64,000 bases of DNA from the NCBI GenBank assembly GCA_963736855.1, contig CAVTQK010000009.1:96001-160000 (forward strand). The letters are read 5' to 3'. This document shows positions 48,999 through 60,191 of this stretch, piece by piece. Below the pieces are notes generated by a model. The model did no database searches. It was given only the letters and a program-made list of their open reading frames with translations, and was not told where the DNA came from. The position numbers were made by a program, and so were the translations under genes. Numbering within the stretch: position 1 is the stretch's first letter; every line of letters starts with the position of its first letter. Source of the DNA: an uncultured delta proteobacterium (lineage in GTDB: Bacteria > Desulfobacterota > Desulfobacteria > Desulfobacterales > UBA2156).

Positions 48999-50372
48999 AT
49001 GAGAGATAAGGCGATTGTCGTTTTATTGTGTGTGGGGTTTTCTATTTGGCAGTTGATGTTTGGGGTGGCACCCATTTTTTCCCAGGGATCACCCCGGGTT
49101 TCCTTAACCCTTGAACAGGCTGTTGAACAGGCGCTTTCCCAGCACCCCCAGGTCAAAGCCGCCCAGTACCATCTCGAAGCGGGTGATGCAGGGGTCGAAG
49201 CAGCCCGCTCCCTTTTGTATCCCCATTTTCATCTGACGGAAAGATTCAACCACACCAATAACCCCATGTGGGCTTTTGCGACCCGGCTCAACCAGAAAAC
49301 GATTACCCGTGAAGACTTCGATCCCGATCAATTGAACGACCCGGATGCCATCAGCAATTTTACCACCTCCATTTCCGTCTCTTGGGAGCTTTTCAGCGGA
49401 GGTCGCACCCAAGCCGGGCTGGAACAGGCGAAGCAGAATCAACAAACCGCCTCAGTTTCCCTGAAAAAGGTCCGGCAGGAAATCATTGCGCATACCTCCA
49501 AAGCCTACATCGGCCTTCTTTTAGCAAGAGAAAACCTGGAGGTCATCGAACAGGCCGTGGAAACAGCCCGGGCCCATTCGGCGTTCATCGAATCCCGATA
49601 TAAAGGGGGTTTTGTGGTCAAGAGCGATCTCCTGAGGGCTCAGGTTCGCCTGGCGGAATTGGAGCAGGAACGTCTTTCGGCCCAAAGCCGGGGGAATGTC
49701 GCCCAGGCGGCGCTCAATGCGTCCATGGGGAGTTATGACAACCCGGAGGTTCAAACCACAACCCCTTTTCAGAAATGCGTGGAAACACAAGGCTCATTGG
49801 AAGACTGGATTGAAAGAGCGATTTCAAACCATCCGGATCTCGAGCATCTGGATCTTTTGGAAGGAGTGGCTAAATCAGAGATCAAGAAGGCCAAGGCGGG
49901 CCATTGGCCTTTCTTGAATTTGGTGGGTTCTTACGACATGGATACCGAGGGTTTCAGCGATTTTGGAGAAAGTTATGCCGTTGGTGCCATGGCACAGATC
50001 CCTCTTTACAGAGGCGGACAGACACGCTCGGGTGTCCTTGCCGCAACAGCAGCCTGGAAACAGGCACAGGAAATGAAAAGGTCGGCCCGGCTATTGATTA
50101 CTCTCAAGAACCGACAAGCATACTATGAAACCCAAAGCGCCTGGAAACGCATCGCCGTGGCGAAAAGTGCCTTGGAGCAGGCCGAAGAGGGCCTTCGCAT
50201 CGTTGAAAACCGGTACCGAAACGGAATGCTCACCCTTGTCTCTTTGCTGGATGCCGAGATGGCACGCCGGGAGGCACGGGTCAATCACTTTAAAGCCCTG
50301 CATGACTACAAAGTGGCCAAAATCGACCTGATGCTCGCAGCCGGAGTTATCGACACAGAATGGAAGAAATAG
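48999..50372 (+). CDS. TolC-family outer membrane efflux protein
   Basis: Signal peptide, LTLEQAVEQAL..HP, RY..G...LLDAE repeats. Confidence 0.92.
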   Translation: MRDKAIVVLLCVGFSIWQLMFGVAPIFSQGSPRVSLTLEQAVEQALSQHPQVKAAQYHLEAGDAGVEAARSLLYPHFHLTERFNHTNNPMWAFATRLNQKTITREDFDPDQLNDPDAISNFTTSISVSWELFSGGRTQAGLEQAKQNQQTASVSLKKVRQEIIAHTSKAYIGLLLARENLEVIEQAVETARAHSAFIESRYKGGFVVKSDLLRAQVRLAELEQERLSAQSRGNVAQAALNASMGSYDNPEVQTTTPFQKCVETQGSLEDWIERAISNHPDLEHLDLLEGVAKSEIKKAKAGHWPFLNLVGSYDMDTEGFSDFGESYAVGAMAQIPLYRGGQTRSGVLAATAAWKQAQEMKRSARLLITLKNRQAYYETQSAWKRIAVAKSALEQAEEGLRIVENRYRNGMLTLVSLLDAEMARREARVNHFKALHDYKVAKIDLMLAAGVIDTEWKK

Positions 50373-50381
50373 GGGAAACGG

Positions 50382-51554
50382 ATGAAAACGCTCAGAGAAT
50401 CGGTTTGCCTGGCCGCCGTCCTTGCGGCGATAATGGTTTTTTGGGGCTGCAAAGATAAGATCGAACCCGGACACAGCCCTTCGAAAGAAGCCCGCCTCAT
50501 CCAGGCGCCGGTTGCCGTCGTCGAGACCGGAAGCACTGCCGAGCAATATGAAGCCGTGGCTACGGTGACTGCACGGGTCTACGCCGATCTTGCCGGAAGG
50601 CTCATGGGTGTCGTCCAGGAAGTCCGCGTGGAGGAAGGGGATACAGTTAAGGAAGGAGATGTGCTGGTGGTCATCGATTCCCGTCAGGCTACAGCCCGCC
50701 TGGAGCAGGCGCAGGCCGCCCTTGAGGAGGCGCGGGGGGGAGAGGCGTCGGCCGAATCGGCGAAAATCGCGGCAAGGGTTTCCGCCGAGCTGGCCGAAAC
50801 CACCTATCAACGCTACCAGCGTCTCCTAAAAGAGGAATCCGCCACACAACAGGAATTCGATGAAATGGGGGCACGCCACCGACAGGCTCAGGCAGCCTTT
50901 GCACAGGCCGAAGCCATGCTGGCGGCGGCTCGGAATCGGGTGCAACAAGCCGAAGCCGCCGTCAAGACCGCAACCGTGGGCGAGAAGGACGCTTCCATTC
51001 AGGCCCCCTACGACGGCAGAATCACCCGAAAGCGGGTCCATGCAGGGGATCTTGCTTCCCCGGGGATGCCCCTTCTCACCATTGAAAAAGAAGGTGGTTA
51101 TCGTGCGGAAGCCGTTCTTCCGGAAAAATACATGAAAGAGATGAGCTTGAAACAAAGGGTGTCCGTTGTGATTCCCGCCTTAGAACCGGTCCCCTTGGAA
51201 GGGGTCATTTCGCAGATTATCCCCGGTGCCGATCCCAAGAGCCGTTCCTTCCGGATCAGGGTCGACCTTCCGAAGCATGAGGGCTTGCGCTCCGGGATGT
51301 TCGCTCGCGTTTCCATGCCGTTGGCCGCCTCCGAGACCGTTACGATACCGAAAAAGGCGATCCTGTGGCACGGCCAGCTTTCCGGTGTTTTTGTGTTGGA
51401 TGAAGCGAATATGGCTCGATTTCGGCTGGTCAGAACCGGAAAAGAGATGGAGGATGCCATCGAAATCCTGTCCGGCCTCAAAAAGGGGATGCGCTATGTG
51501 GCCGATCCCCCTCCCACCCTTGAAGACGGTATGAAAGTTGAGGCTCGTTCATGA
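50382..51554 (+). CDS. RND efflux membrane fusion protein (lipoprotein)
   Basis: FWGC lipobox-like motif, V.EGD.V..GD.L lipoyl half-motifs, IQAPYDG and LRSGMFARV. Confidence 0.93.
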   Translation: MKTLRESVCLAAVLAAIMVFWGCKDKIEPGHSPSKEARLIQAPVAVVETGSTAEQYEAVATVTARVYADLAGRLMGVVQEVRVEEGDTVKEGDVLVVIDSRQATARLEQAQAALEEARGGEASAESAKIAARVSAELAETTYQRYQRLLKEESATQQEFDEMGARHRQAQAAFAQAEAMLAAARNRVQQAEAAVKTATVGEKDASIQAPYDGRITRKRVHAGDLASPGMPLLTIEKEGGYRAEAVLPEKYMKEMSLKQRVSVVIPALEPVPLEGVISQIIPGADPKSRSFRIRVDLPKHEGLRSGMFARVSMPLAASETVTIPKKAILWHGQLSGVFVLDEANMARFRLVRTGKEMEDAIEILSGLKKGMRYVADPPPTLEDGMKVEARS

Positions 51555-54500
51555 GCCGGAGGATCGGACTATCGGGTAAAATCGCGGCGTTTTTCATAGA
51601 CTCCAAACTCACGCCCCTGGTGATCGTCGCGTCCATTCTTCTGGGAATCGCGGCGGTGGCGGCGCTTCCCCGCGAAGAGGAGCCGCAGATCATTGTACCC
51701 ATGATCGATATCTTCGTGAAGATGCCCGGTGCAGATGCAAAAGAGGTGGAGGAGCGCATCACCTATCCCATGGAGAAACTCCTGTGGGAAATCCCCGGCG
51801 TAGAGTATGTCTATTCGACTTCCAGTCCGGGAATGTCCATGGCCGTGGTGCGGTTTTACGTCGGACAGAACGAGGAAGAATCGATTGTTCGGCTTCAATC
51901 CAAGCTCATGGCGAATTATGATCGGATCCCCTGGGCCGCATCTCCTCCCCTCATCAAACCCCGGTACATCGACGATGTCCCCATCCTGGCGTTGACTTTC
52001 TGGAGCCGCGAGGCGGATCATTATCTTCTGCGTCGGGTAGCCTCCGAGGTCGAAAACAATATCAAACGGGAAAACAATGTTTCCACCACCACCGTGATCG
52101 GCGGAGTTTCTCGCCAGGTCCAGGTCCTGCTCGACCCGGTTCGGATGGCGGGCCGGGGACTGTCGACGGAATCGGTGGCCATGATGGTTCAAGCCGCCAA
52201 CCAGGAGTCGGATACCGGAGAATTTCCCTCCTCTGATGGACAAGTTCTGGTCCACACCGGCACCTTCTTAAAGACCCTGCAGGATGTTGAACGCCTGGTT
52301 ATCGGTGTCCATGACGGCAGGCCGGTCTATCTCGAGGATGTGGCTCAAGTGGTGGATGGTCCGGGTGAGATCGATCAATACGTCTTTTTTGGGGCGGGGC
52401 CGGCAGCCGAAAAGGAGTTGGCATCTGCATCGTCTTCCACCGGCGCTTTTCCTGCGGTTACTCTCACCGTGGCCAAGCGAAAAGGGACCAACGCCATTGA
52501 GGTGGCCAATAACATCCTGGCCAGAATCGAGACGGTGCGGGGGAGCCTCATTCCGAACAACATCCACATGACCGTCACGCGAAACTACGGTGAAACGGCC
52601 AAGGAGAAATCCGACGAGCTCTTATACCATATGATGATCGCCATCGTGTCGGTTACTATTTTGATAGGGGTCACTTTAGGCCGTCGGGAGTCGGGTGTGG
52701 TCGCCTTCGCCATCCCGGTCACGCTGGCCCTGACCATGGCCATCTTCTTCATCTATGGGTACACGCTGAACCGTATCACCCTCTTTGCCCTCATTTTTTC
52801 GATCGGGATTCTGGTGGATGACGCTATTGTGGTGGTGGAAAACATTGTCCGGCATTACCATTTGCCCGAAAATCAGAGCCGCTCCCGGTTGGACATCGCC
52901 ATCGAGGCCGTGGATGAGGTAGGGAACCCCACCATCCTGGCCACGCTGACGGTGATCGCCGCTATCTTGCCCATGGCCTTTGTGGGAGGGCTCATGGGTC
53001 CCTATATGCGCCCTATTCCAGTGGGGGCATCGGCGGCAATGGTGTTTTCACTGCTGGTGGCTTTTATCGTCACCCCCTGGGCTTCCAAACGACTGCTTCG
53101 AAAGAAAGGGCACTCCGGCGGCAAACAAGTCCATGACCATACTCAGGAAGATTGGAGTACGAGACTGTATCGCAGGGTCATGGGACCTCTCATCGCCAAC
53201 CCTCTATGGCGCTGGAGCTTTTTGATAGGCGTCGTGGCCCTGCTGATCCTGTGCTGCACCTTGGTCCTTGTCGGGTTTGTCCGGGTGAAGATGCTTCCCT
53301 TTGACAACAAGAGCGAATTCCAGGTCATCATCGACATGCCCGAAAAAGCCACACTGGAAGATACCGCTGCCGCCGCCCTGGAGATGGGCGCCTACCTGAA
53401 GACGGTCAATGAAGTGACCGATTACCAGGTTTATATCGGAACCTCCGGTCCATTTAATTTCAACGGCCTGGTCCGCCATTATTATCTGCGGCGGGGAAGC
53501 CACTTGGCGGATATCCAGGTGAACCTGGCGGAAAAAGGACATCGAAAAGATCAGAGCCACGACATCGCGAAAAGGGTCCGTCCCTCCCTTGAGAAGATTG
53601 CTGAAAAGTACCAGGCCCGGATCAAGGTGGCGGAAGTGCCGCCCGGGCCACCGGTCCTGTCCACCCTGGTGGCCGAAATCTACGGACCGGATTATGAGCG
53701 TCAACGGGAAATCGCCAAGAAAATCAAGTCAATCTTTGAATCCACACCGGGAGTGGTGGATGTGGACTGGTACATGGAAGAAGATCGGCCCCGATATCAT
53801 TTCCAGGTGGATAAAGAAAAGGCGGCCCTCCACGGCATCAGCGTATCGAGCATCACCGCCACGTTGGATACGGCCTTGAGCGGAAGACAGGTCGGGCTTC
53901 TCCATGACAGCCGCGAGAAAGAAGACGTTCCTGTCCTGTTGCGTTTTTCCCTGGCGAACCGTGCCGGGATCGAGCGCCTCGAGGCGCTGAAATTGACTGC
54001 AGCCGATGGAAGCCTGGTTCCCCTTTCGGCTTTCGTGACACCCATTCCGACACCCCCGGATCGAAGCATCTATCACAAGAACCTCATGCCGGTGGTCTAT
54101 GTGATCGGGGATGTGGCCGGCGTCAAAGAAAGCCCGGTCTATGCCATTTTAGAGATGCGCAAGAAGATCGAGGCCATCTCATTGCCCGAGGGATACACCA
54201 TCGAGCAACGCACCGCCACCCTTCCCAATACCGATCGCCGGTTCGCCATGAAATGGGATGGAGAATGGCATATCACCTATGAGGTTTTCCGGGACTTAGG
54301 GATCAGTTTCGGCGTTGTTCTGGTCCTCATCTTCGTCCTGGTAGTGGGGTGGTTTCAATCCTTCAGCACCCCCCTGGTCATCATGGCGGCCATCCCGTTT
54401 TCCCTCATCGGGATCTTGCCCGGCCACTGGGGAATGGGGGCGTTTTTCACGGCCACCTCCATGATCGGGTTCATCGCGGGGGCCGGCATCGTCGTGCGAA

Positions 54501-54814
54501 ATTCCATCATCCTGGTCGATTTCATCGAGCTGCGGCTCAGGGAGGGGATGCCGCTGGCCGAAGCGGTGGTGGATGCCGGTGCGGTTCGGTTCAGACCCAT
54601 GATGCTTACCGCTGCAGCCGTTGTCGTGGGGGCTTCCGTAATTCTTTTTGACCCCATCTTCCAGGGGCTTGCCATTTCTCTTATGGCCGGAGAGGTCGCT
54701 TCTCTTCTTTTTTCCCGGATGACGGTACCTATCCTTTATTTTCTGGACAAGCGATGGGAATTCGCCCACGGACACGACATCGCTCATGCGAAAGGAAGCG
54801 CCGCCAATGAGTAG
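51551..54814 (+). CDS. RND efflux permease (AcrB/AcrD/AcrF family)
   Basis: 1087 aa; [35 protein letters not shown] and RFRPMMLT motifs. Confidence 0.96.
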   Translation: MSRRIGLSGKIAAFFIDSKLTPLVIVASILLGIAAVAALPREEEPQIIVPMIDIFVKMPGADAKEVEERITYPMEKLLWEIPGVEYVYSTSSPGMSMAVVRFYVGQNEEESIVRLQSKLMANYDRIPWAASPPLIKPRYIDDVPILALTFWSREADHYLLRRVASEVENNIKRENNVSTTTVIGGVSRQVQVLLDPVRMAGRGLSTESVAMMVQAANQESDTGEFPSSDGQVLVHTGTFLKTLQDVERLVIGVHDGRPVYLEDVAQVVDGPGEIDQYVFFGAGPAAEKELASASSSTGAFPAVTLTVAKRKGTNAIEVANNILARIETVRGSLIPNNIHMTVTRNYGETAKEKSDELLYHMMIAIVSVTILIGVTLGRRESGVVAFAIPVTLALTMAIFFIYGYTLNRITLFALIFSIGILVDDAIVVVENIVRHYHLPENQSRSRLDIAIEAVDEVGNPTILATLTVIAAILPMAFVGGLMGPYMRPIPVGASAAMVFSLLVAFIVTPWASKRLLRKKGHSGGKQVHDHTQEDWSTRLYRRVMGPLIANPLWRWSFLIGVVALLILCCTLVLVGFVRVKMLPFDNKSEFQVIIDMPEKATLEDTAAAALEMGAYLKTVNEVTDYQVYIGTSGPFNFNGLVRHYYLRRGSHLADIQVNLAEKGHRKDQSHDIAKRVRPSLEKIAEKYQARIKVAEVPPGPPVLSTLVAEIYGPDYERQREIAKKIKSIFESTPGVVDVDWYMEEDRPRYHFQVDKEKAALHGISVSSITATLDTALSGRQVGLLHDSREKEDVPVLLRFSLANRAGIERLEALKLTAADGSLVPLSAFVTPIPTPPDRSIYHKNLMPVVYVIGDVAGVKESPVYAILEMRKKIEAISLPEGYTIEQRTATLPNTDRRFAMKWDGEWHITYEVFRDLGISFGVVLVLIFVLVVGWFQSFSTPLVIMAAIPFSLIGILPGHWGMGAFFTATSMIGFIAGAGIVVRNSIILVDFIELRLREGMPLAEAVVDAGAVRFRPMMLTAAAVVVGASVILFDPIFQGLAISLMAGEVASLLFSRMTVPILYFLDKRWEFAHGHDIAHAKGSAANE

Positions 54815-54868
54815 CCCCCGTGGAGTGGACTCGTGAGGCGGGGGAAAGCACGAACGAGCCCTGGTCCA

Positions 54869-55612
54869 TCAGGCCGCTTTTTCATGTCGCAGAATCTCGC
54901 CCCGGACGCTGACGACCACCTTATGCAGAGGGATATGCTTTCCCGCCATTCCCATCCCCTTTTTAACGATTGCGGGAAGACTGCTGCAACAGGGAACTTC
55001 CATGACCACGACGGTCACACTCTGGATACCGGCGGATTTAAAAATTTCAGAAAATTTTTCGACATATTCCTGAGTATCGTCAAACTTGGGACAACCGATC
55101 ATCACAGCTCTTCCCCTGATAAACTCCTGGTGTAAAGCCGGAAACGCCACGGGTACGCAATCGGCGGCTACCAGCAGATGAGCCCCTTTAAGAAACGGGG
55201 CCGTGGGTGGAACCAGCTTGATCTGAATGGGCCAATGGGTCAATTCCGACTGCTGTCGTGCTTCCAGGTTAGCCGGTATATTTGCTTTTGCACAGGGATC
55301 AGCCGCAGAAAATAATTGAATATCAGCCGATGGGCACCTTTTGGGATCCTCATGTACTCTCCTATCCTTGTTTTCGAGGTGCGATTCCACGGCGTGCTCA
55401 TCAAATTCCTCGGCTTCGCGTTCAATAATATGCAACGCCCCCTGAGGGCATTCGCCGACACATGCCCCCAGACCATCACACAGGTTTTCGGAAATCACCC
55501 GGGCCTTGCCGTCAATAACTTCGAGGGATCCTTCCGCACACGAAATGACGCACTGACCGCATCCGTCACATCGTTCTTCGTCGATCTCGATGATTTTTCT
55601 CATGACTTTCAT
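54869..55612 (-). CDS. 2x[4Fe-4S] ferredoxin-domain protein of the type commonly linked to hcp/HcpR
   Basis: CDGCGQCVISC, CDGLGACVGECP, WPIQIKLV, GCPKFDD and MEVPCC motifs. Confidence 0.88.
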   Translation of the reverse strand: MKVMRKIIEIDEERCDGCGQCVISCAEGSLEVIDGKARVISENLCDGLGACVGECPQGALHIIEREAEEFDEHAVESHLENKDRRVHEDPKRCPSADIQLFSAADPCAKANIPANLEARQQSELTHWPIQIKLVPPTAPFLKGAHLLVAADCVPVAFPALHQEFIRGRAVMIGCPKFDDTQEYVEKFSEIFKSAGIQSVTVVVMEVPCCSSLPAIVKKGMGMAGKHIPLHKVVVSVRGEILRHEKAA

Positions 55613-55664
55613 GCTTGAACCTTTCATTCAGATTTAAAATGGGTATCGTGCACGAGGAAGGGCT

Positions 55665-56393
55665 CTATTCCAGCAGCAGCGCCTCGGCCGTATGTTTTCC
55701 GCTTTCGGTCAGAAGGGTTTCCTTGATCGTTTCTTTCAACCGATCCTTTTCCATGGGCATTTCCTTCAGCTTTTCTTCGAGGTTGGCGATCTGGTCGGCA
55801 TCATATACCACCTTGAAATTGAGCGTTTCCTCATTTCGCGGATGGTGATGGCAGGCGATGATGTCGCAAACCTCTTGGATGACCGGCTCTTTGGCCTTGA
55901 GCTTTGAAAGGATCGAGCGGGCGATAGGAGGGCCTTCCTGTTCCTGATATTCAGGCGCCGCACTTTGGTATTTGCGTTCGGCCTCAGGGATTCCGATGTC
56001 GTGAAGATAGGCCGCACAAAGGATCACCGCCAGATTGCCGCCCTCGAGCTTCCCTATCCGTTCCGCATGACGCGCTACCCGGCTGGCATGTCCGATCATC
56101 TTGAAATCGTTTTTCAAGTATCGCTTCACCTCCACCGCCACGCGGTCCTTGAGCAGATCTTCTTTTCGGGCCAGCAACTCCTCCGGAAGTGTTCCCAGAC
56201 ACTGCTCGGCATGTTCGCAATACGATGCACACCCGAAATCCATCTTGGGATTCACGAATCGATAGCCGCATTGGCCGCACTTTCGGGTGGTGTCGTCCTT
56301 GAAAAACTCCACGATGTTTTGACACTTGGGACACCGGGCCTCAAAAATAGCCCCCGGTTTCCAGTATCGACTGTCCTGTCCAGGGCATTTCAT
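55665..56393 (-). CDS. HD-domain protein with a Cys-rich N-terminal metal-binding region
   Basis: MKCPGQD, CPKC, CGQC, CASYCEHAEQC, then H...YLHDIG...HHH...DAD. Confidence 0.85.
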   Translation of the reverse strand: MKCPGQDSRYWKPGAIFEARCPKCQNIVEFFKDDTTRKCGQCGYRFVNPKMDFGCASYCEHAEQCLGTLPEELLARKEDLLKDRVAVEVKRYLKNDFKMIGHASRVARHAERIGKLEGGNLAVILCAAYLHDIGIPEAERKYQSAAPEYQEQEGPPIARSILSKLKAKEPVIQEVCDIIACHHHPRNEETLNFKVVYDADQIANLEEKLKEMPMEKDRLKETIKETLLTESGKHTAEALLLE

Positions 56394-56428
56394 GGGTTTA
56401 CCTCCGTTTTCATGTTGACTTGCCTGGC

Positions 56429-56470
56429 TTTATACCGTTGAATTCAGGAGGCCGCCTTGACTTAGGTCAA
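56429..56470 (-). promoter_or_regulatory. Crp/Fnr (HcpR-type) box plus -10 element for the HD-ferredoxin operon
   Basis: TTGACTTAGGTCAA (56457-56470); minus-strand TATAAA at 56434-56429 places the centre at -41.5. Confidence 0.8.
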
Positions 56471-56501
56471 TAGAAAGCAAAATTTTTATAAAGGAGAATG
56501 T

Positions 56502-57176
56502 ATGACGGTTTCAGCAGACGCCCTGATGCACTCTCCCCTCTTTGAGGGTCTCCCTGATGTACAGATGGCGGAGATCAGGCGCATCGCCGTCTCCCGGCAA
56601 GTCAAAAAGGGTGAGATCATCTTTTCTCAAGGGGATGCCGGCAATGGGTTTTATATCATCGCCGTCGGAGTGGTTAAAGTCTTCACGGTATCCGCTGAAG
56701 GCAAAGAACAGATCCTTCACATTCTCAGCGACGGGGAGCCCTTCGGGGAGGTGGCGGTCTTTATCGGGCGTACGTTCCCTGCCCATGCCGAGGCCCTGAC
56801 CGATTGCAGGCTCTGGTATTTCCCCAGGGTTGCATTTGTAGGGCTGGTGGAAAGGACCCCGTCTCTTTCACTCAACATGATCGCCCTGCTCTGTTTACGG
56901 TTGCATCAATTTGCGGCCCAGGTGGAAAGCCTTTCGCTGAAAGCCGTTCCCTCCCGGTTGGCCGCCTATCTGATTTATCTGGCCGAAGAACAGAAAACCG
57001 AAGACCGGGTCTCGCTGAAGATCTCCAAGGGGCAGCTCGCCGGCCTTCTCGGAACCATACCGGAGACCCTCTCCCGGGTCCTTGCCCGATTGACCGATCA
57101 AGGGATCATCTCGGTGGACGGCAAATCGATCCGGTTGAGGGACATCGACGCACTGCAGGAACTCTCGGGTCAATGA
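56502..57176 (+). CDS. Crp/Fnr-family regulator, HcpR-like
   Basis: cNMP-like domain (GEPFGEVA), RLAAYL and HTH LGTIPETLSR; no FNR Cys cluster; divergent from the ferredoxin operon. Confidence 0.9.
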   Translation: MTVSADALMHSPLFEGLPDVQMAEIRRIAVSRQVKKGEIIFSQGDAGNGFYIIAVGVVKVFTVSAEGKEQILHILSDGEPFGEVAVFIGRTFPAHAEALTDCRLWYFPRVAFVGLVERTPSLSLNMIALLCLRLHQFAAQVESLSLKAVPSRLAAYLIYLAEEQKTEDRVSLKISKGQLAGLLGTIPETLSRVLARLTDQGIISVDGKSIRLRDIDALQELSGQ

Positions 57177-57188
57177 GAGATCAAGAAT

Positions 57189-57665
57189 CTATTTCTGAGT
57201 CCTGATAAGCTGACGGCTGAGGGCTTCGAGGTGACCCATCTCTTCCTTGATGATGATGTCGATGCGGCCTTTGCCGAACTTTTCCGGAACCAGGTCCCGA
57301 ATTCCCAGATAAAACACGATGGAATCTTTTTCCGCGCCGATGGCGGCCATGAAAATATCTTTTAAGGTGGACGGATCCATCTTCTTTTCGAAAAAGACTC
57401 GGGTATCCGCCAGGGCCCGCAGATAAGCCAGGGCTTCTCCTTGCGGGTCGAAAACAGTGGATGCCTGGTCTTTCTCGCTGAGATCGGCCATCATTTTTGA
57501 AAAGGCTTTTTCATGCCCTTCTTCCATTGCGGAAAGCTGCAGCAGCAATTTCTTAGCTTCTGCATCATGGGATTTCTGCGCGGCGTTCTTGTAAAAGGCC
57601 GCACCGTTTCTTTCGAGCTGTAAAGCCATCTCAAAAACATCCTTGGCGTTGAAATCGTACATCAT
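57189..57665 (-). CDS. Ferritin-like (rubrerythrin diiron domain) protein
   Basis: E..G..FY, EEGH, EKDSIVFY and EEMGH motifs; no rubredoxin domain. Confidence 0.9.
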   Translation of the reverse strand: MMYDFNAKDVFEMALQLERNGAAFYKNAAQKSHDAEAKKLLLQLSAMEEGHEKAFSKMMADLSEKDQASTVFDPQGEALAYLRALADTRVFFEKKMDPSTLKDIFMAAIGAEKDSIVFYLGIRDLVPEKFGKGRIDIIIKEEMGHLEALSRQLIRTQK

Positions 57666-57712
57666 GGTTCATCCTTTCATTCCCATAAGCAAACGGGACA
57701 CTTCATCCCGTC

Positions 57713-57732
57713 GTTTAAAATTAATTTTAAAC
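57713..57732. promoter_or_regulatory. Perfect 20-bp AT-rich palindrome, candidate repressor operator
   Basis: GTTTAAAATTAATTTTAAAC, 48 bp upstream of the ferritin-like gene. Confidence 0.6.
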
Positions 57733-57956
57733 ATAAAACCGAACCGCCTATTTGTAAAGCGCATCCCTCGTTTGTATCGGATTATGGCCAAGGGGTTCTT
57801 TTGCAAGCACAATGCGTCATGCCTAAGCTTGACACACTCCGCACCTTTTCCTATAGTCACGGCGGCATTTTTGGGGAAAGGCGCGTGGGCGTTTCATCGG
57901 CTGCCCTCCGAATCCCCCCTTTCTCCCGGGTTCAGATAGATGCATTCACGCTTTCG

Positions 57957-59144
57957 ATGAAGACTAACCCTTCAATAAACTCACCCTCGCCGCCTATCCT
58001 GCTCCTGATTGCCGGGGCCAAAGGAGCCGTAGGATCCACCATTGCCGCTGCCGTGGCGGCCGGGGAAACAGACCCGGATATCATTATAAAAAGCCTGACC
58101 AGCCGAAACCGGTTTTCCGCCGACTTCCCCTCGATGCGCTATAAAATGGCGGGGTGGGACGTTTGCCTGGAACCTTATTCCGCGATTTGGGAGAAAAACG
58201 GCGTCCTCCCGGAGGCGATTCGGTTGCGATATCAGGAGTATGCAGAAGCGATTCCGGTCCGGAAACCCCCGGATCCGACAATACCCCTCAAGGACCAGGT
58301 TGAAGCGATACGGCTTGATCTCGCGGTATTCATGGAAAGCCACCCCGGCGCATGGCCGGTTTTTGTCAACCTCCTCCCAGCCGCTCCATGCCCGGACACT
58401 GCGGCAGGTCCGAAATCCGGATCTTGCCTTCCAGGGTGTATCAAAGACTGTCCGGACAGGGCTTATGCGCTGGCCGCCGTCGATTCCGGCATCCCCATGG
58501 TCAATTTTTCGCCAAACTTACTGGAATCCCAGGAGCTTCTCGCTACGGCCCGGCAAAATCGCGTGCCCATTGCGGGGCGGGACGGTAAGACCGGCCAGAC
58601 ATTCCTGAAGGTCGTCCTGGCCTCTGCCCTCAAGGCCCGGGCTTTTTCCGTGGAGGGCTGGTACAGCTTGAACCTTTTAGGAAACGCCGACGGAAAAAAC
58701 CTCATGATCCCTGAGAATGCCTCCGGAAAATTGGCCAATAAGACCGCCGTCCTCGACAGCATTTTGAGCGCATCCGGGGAAAGAGGAGACTCTGGGGTTT
58801 TCCATAAAGTCCGCATCGATTACTACCCGCCCCGGGGAGATGCCAAGGAAGCGTGGGACCTCATCGATTTTTCCGGCCTTTTCGGGCTGCCCATGAGCCT
58901 GCGTGTGAATCTTTTAGGAAGGGATTCCATTTTGGCGGCTCCTTTGGTCCTGGATCTTTCCCGCTGGATGGTGGCGTTAAAAGCGGCCGGCCGCGGCGGA
59001 CCGGTTCCGGAATTGGCTTTTTTTTTCAAAACACCGGTAGGAGAAACCGCCCCAGCCACGTTCCAGGATCAACTTTCCGCCTTGGATTTGCTTGAAAGGG
59101 AGTGCATGGAATCCTTTGTTCTCTCTAATGGGCGGCATGCATGA
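57957..59144 (+). CDS. Divergent myo-inositol-1-phosphate synthase family protein
   Basis: GAKGAVGST, GWD, VNFSPN, GRDGKTGQTFLK, NLLGNADG, KEAWD and RDSILAAPLVLDL motifs. Confidence 0.85.
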   Translation: MKTNPSINSPSPPILLLIAGAKGAVGSTIAAAVAAGETDPDIIIKSLTSRNRFSADFPSMRYKMAGWDVCLEPYSAIWEKNGVLPEAIRLRYQEYAEAIPVRKPPDPTIPLKDQVEAIRLDLAVFMESHPGAWPVFVNLLPAAPCPDTAAGPKSGSCLPGCIKDCPDRAYALAAVDSGIPMVNFSPNLLESQELLATARQNRVPIAGRDGKTGQTFLKVVLASALKARAFSVEGWYSLNLLGNADGKNLMIPENASGKLANKTAVLDSILSASGERGDSGVFHKVRIDYYPPRGDAKEAWDLIDFSGLFGLPMSLRVNLLGRDSILAAPLVLDLSRWMVALKAAGRGGPVPELAFFFKTPVGETAPATFQDQLSALDLLERECMESFVLSNGRHA

Positions 59145-59986
59145 TATTCGGTTACAGCACCAACGCCTTCGTCAAGTTTTCCCTTCCTGATGCCGTCTTG
59201 AAAATCGCCGATCTCGGTTTCAACGGTATAGAGATTATGGGGGACCGTCCCCATCTATACCCGCCCGACTATGATTCCGGGGCGATTTCCGCTTTAAAGG
59301 ACCTGGTCCGGGAATGCAATCTGACCGTAACCAATCTTAATAGTTTCACTCTTTTTGCAGTCGGGGACACCTACCTTCCTTCCTGGATCGAGCCGGAGAA
59401 AGCGCGCCGGAACATCCGCATTCACCACACTCTCGATTCACTCAAAGTCGCCTCGGCCATCGGGTGCAGGAACATTTCCGTGCCGCCCGGCGGACCGTTG
59501 AACAACCTGTCCCGTAAAGAGGCCTTGGCTTTCTTTTACAAAGGTATGGAGGCAGTGATCCCCTTGGCCGAAACATTAGGGGTCCGCATACTCGTGGAGC
59601 CCGAACCGGATCTGATGATCGAAAACACATGGCAATTCAGGGAATTTATCGCCGGGATCCGATCTTCTGCCGTGGGGATTAACTTGGATATCGGGCATTT
59701 TTTCTGCGCCGGCGAGGCGCCGGAGGAGGCCTTTGAGGAGCTTTTCGAGTGGGTAGGGCATGTCCACCTAGAAGATATCGCTGAAAGCCGCGTCCATCGC
59801 CATCTCATTCCAGGGCATGGAGCCATCGATTTTCCACGTATCTTGGAGACCATCGTCCGCTTGAAATATGATGGCGCCGTCAGCCTGGAGTTATACCCCT
59901 ATACGGATATGCCGGAAAAAGCGGGAAGGGAAAGCCTGGAATATCTCAAGCCGTTATTCGATTCCGCAGGTATTGCGCTGGGTTAA
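59141..59986 (+). CDS. Sugar-phosphate isomerase/epimerase (xylose isomerase-like TIM barrel)
   Basis: [24 protein letters not shown] and SLELY motifs; overlaps the MIPS stop by 4 bp. Confidence 0.9.
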   Translation: MIFGYSTNAFVKFSLPDAVLKIADLGFNGIEIMGDRPHLYPPDYDSGAISALKDLVRECNLTVTNLNSFTLFAVGDTYLPSWIEPEKARRNIRIHHTLDSLKVASAIGCRNISVPPGGPLNNLSRKEALAFFYKGMEAVIPLAETLGVRILVEPEPDLMIENTWQFREFIAGIRSSAVGINLDIGHFFCAGEAPEEAFEELFEWVGHVHLEDIAESRVHRHLIPGHGAIDFPRILETIVRLKYDGAVSLELYPYTDMPEKAGRESLEYLKPLFDSAGIALG

Positions 59987-60191
59987 CCGCCGTGCCCTCG
60001 GCGTGGCTCTTGGTGGATTGAACCGAACCATCAAAATCCAACGTCACCCGCGGCAGGTGTTCGCGTTGAAGCCCCTCCAGTACTATGCCACGGGACAGCT
60101 GACAGACCTCTCAACCCCATCGGCATCCATTTTATGACGACCAGCGGCTCTTGCATCTGCCACGCTGCATTCAGACTGTAACGGTTCGCGC

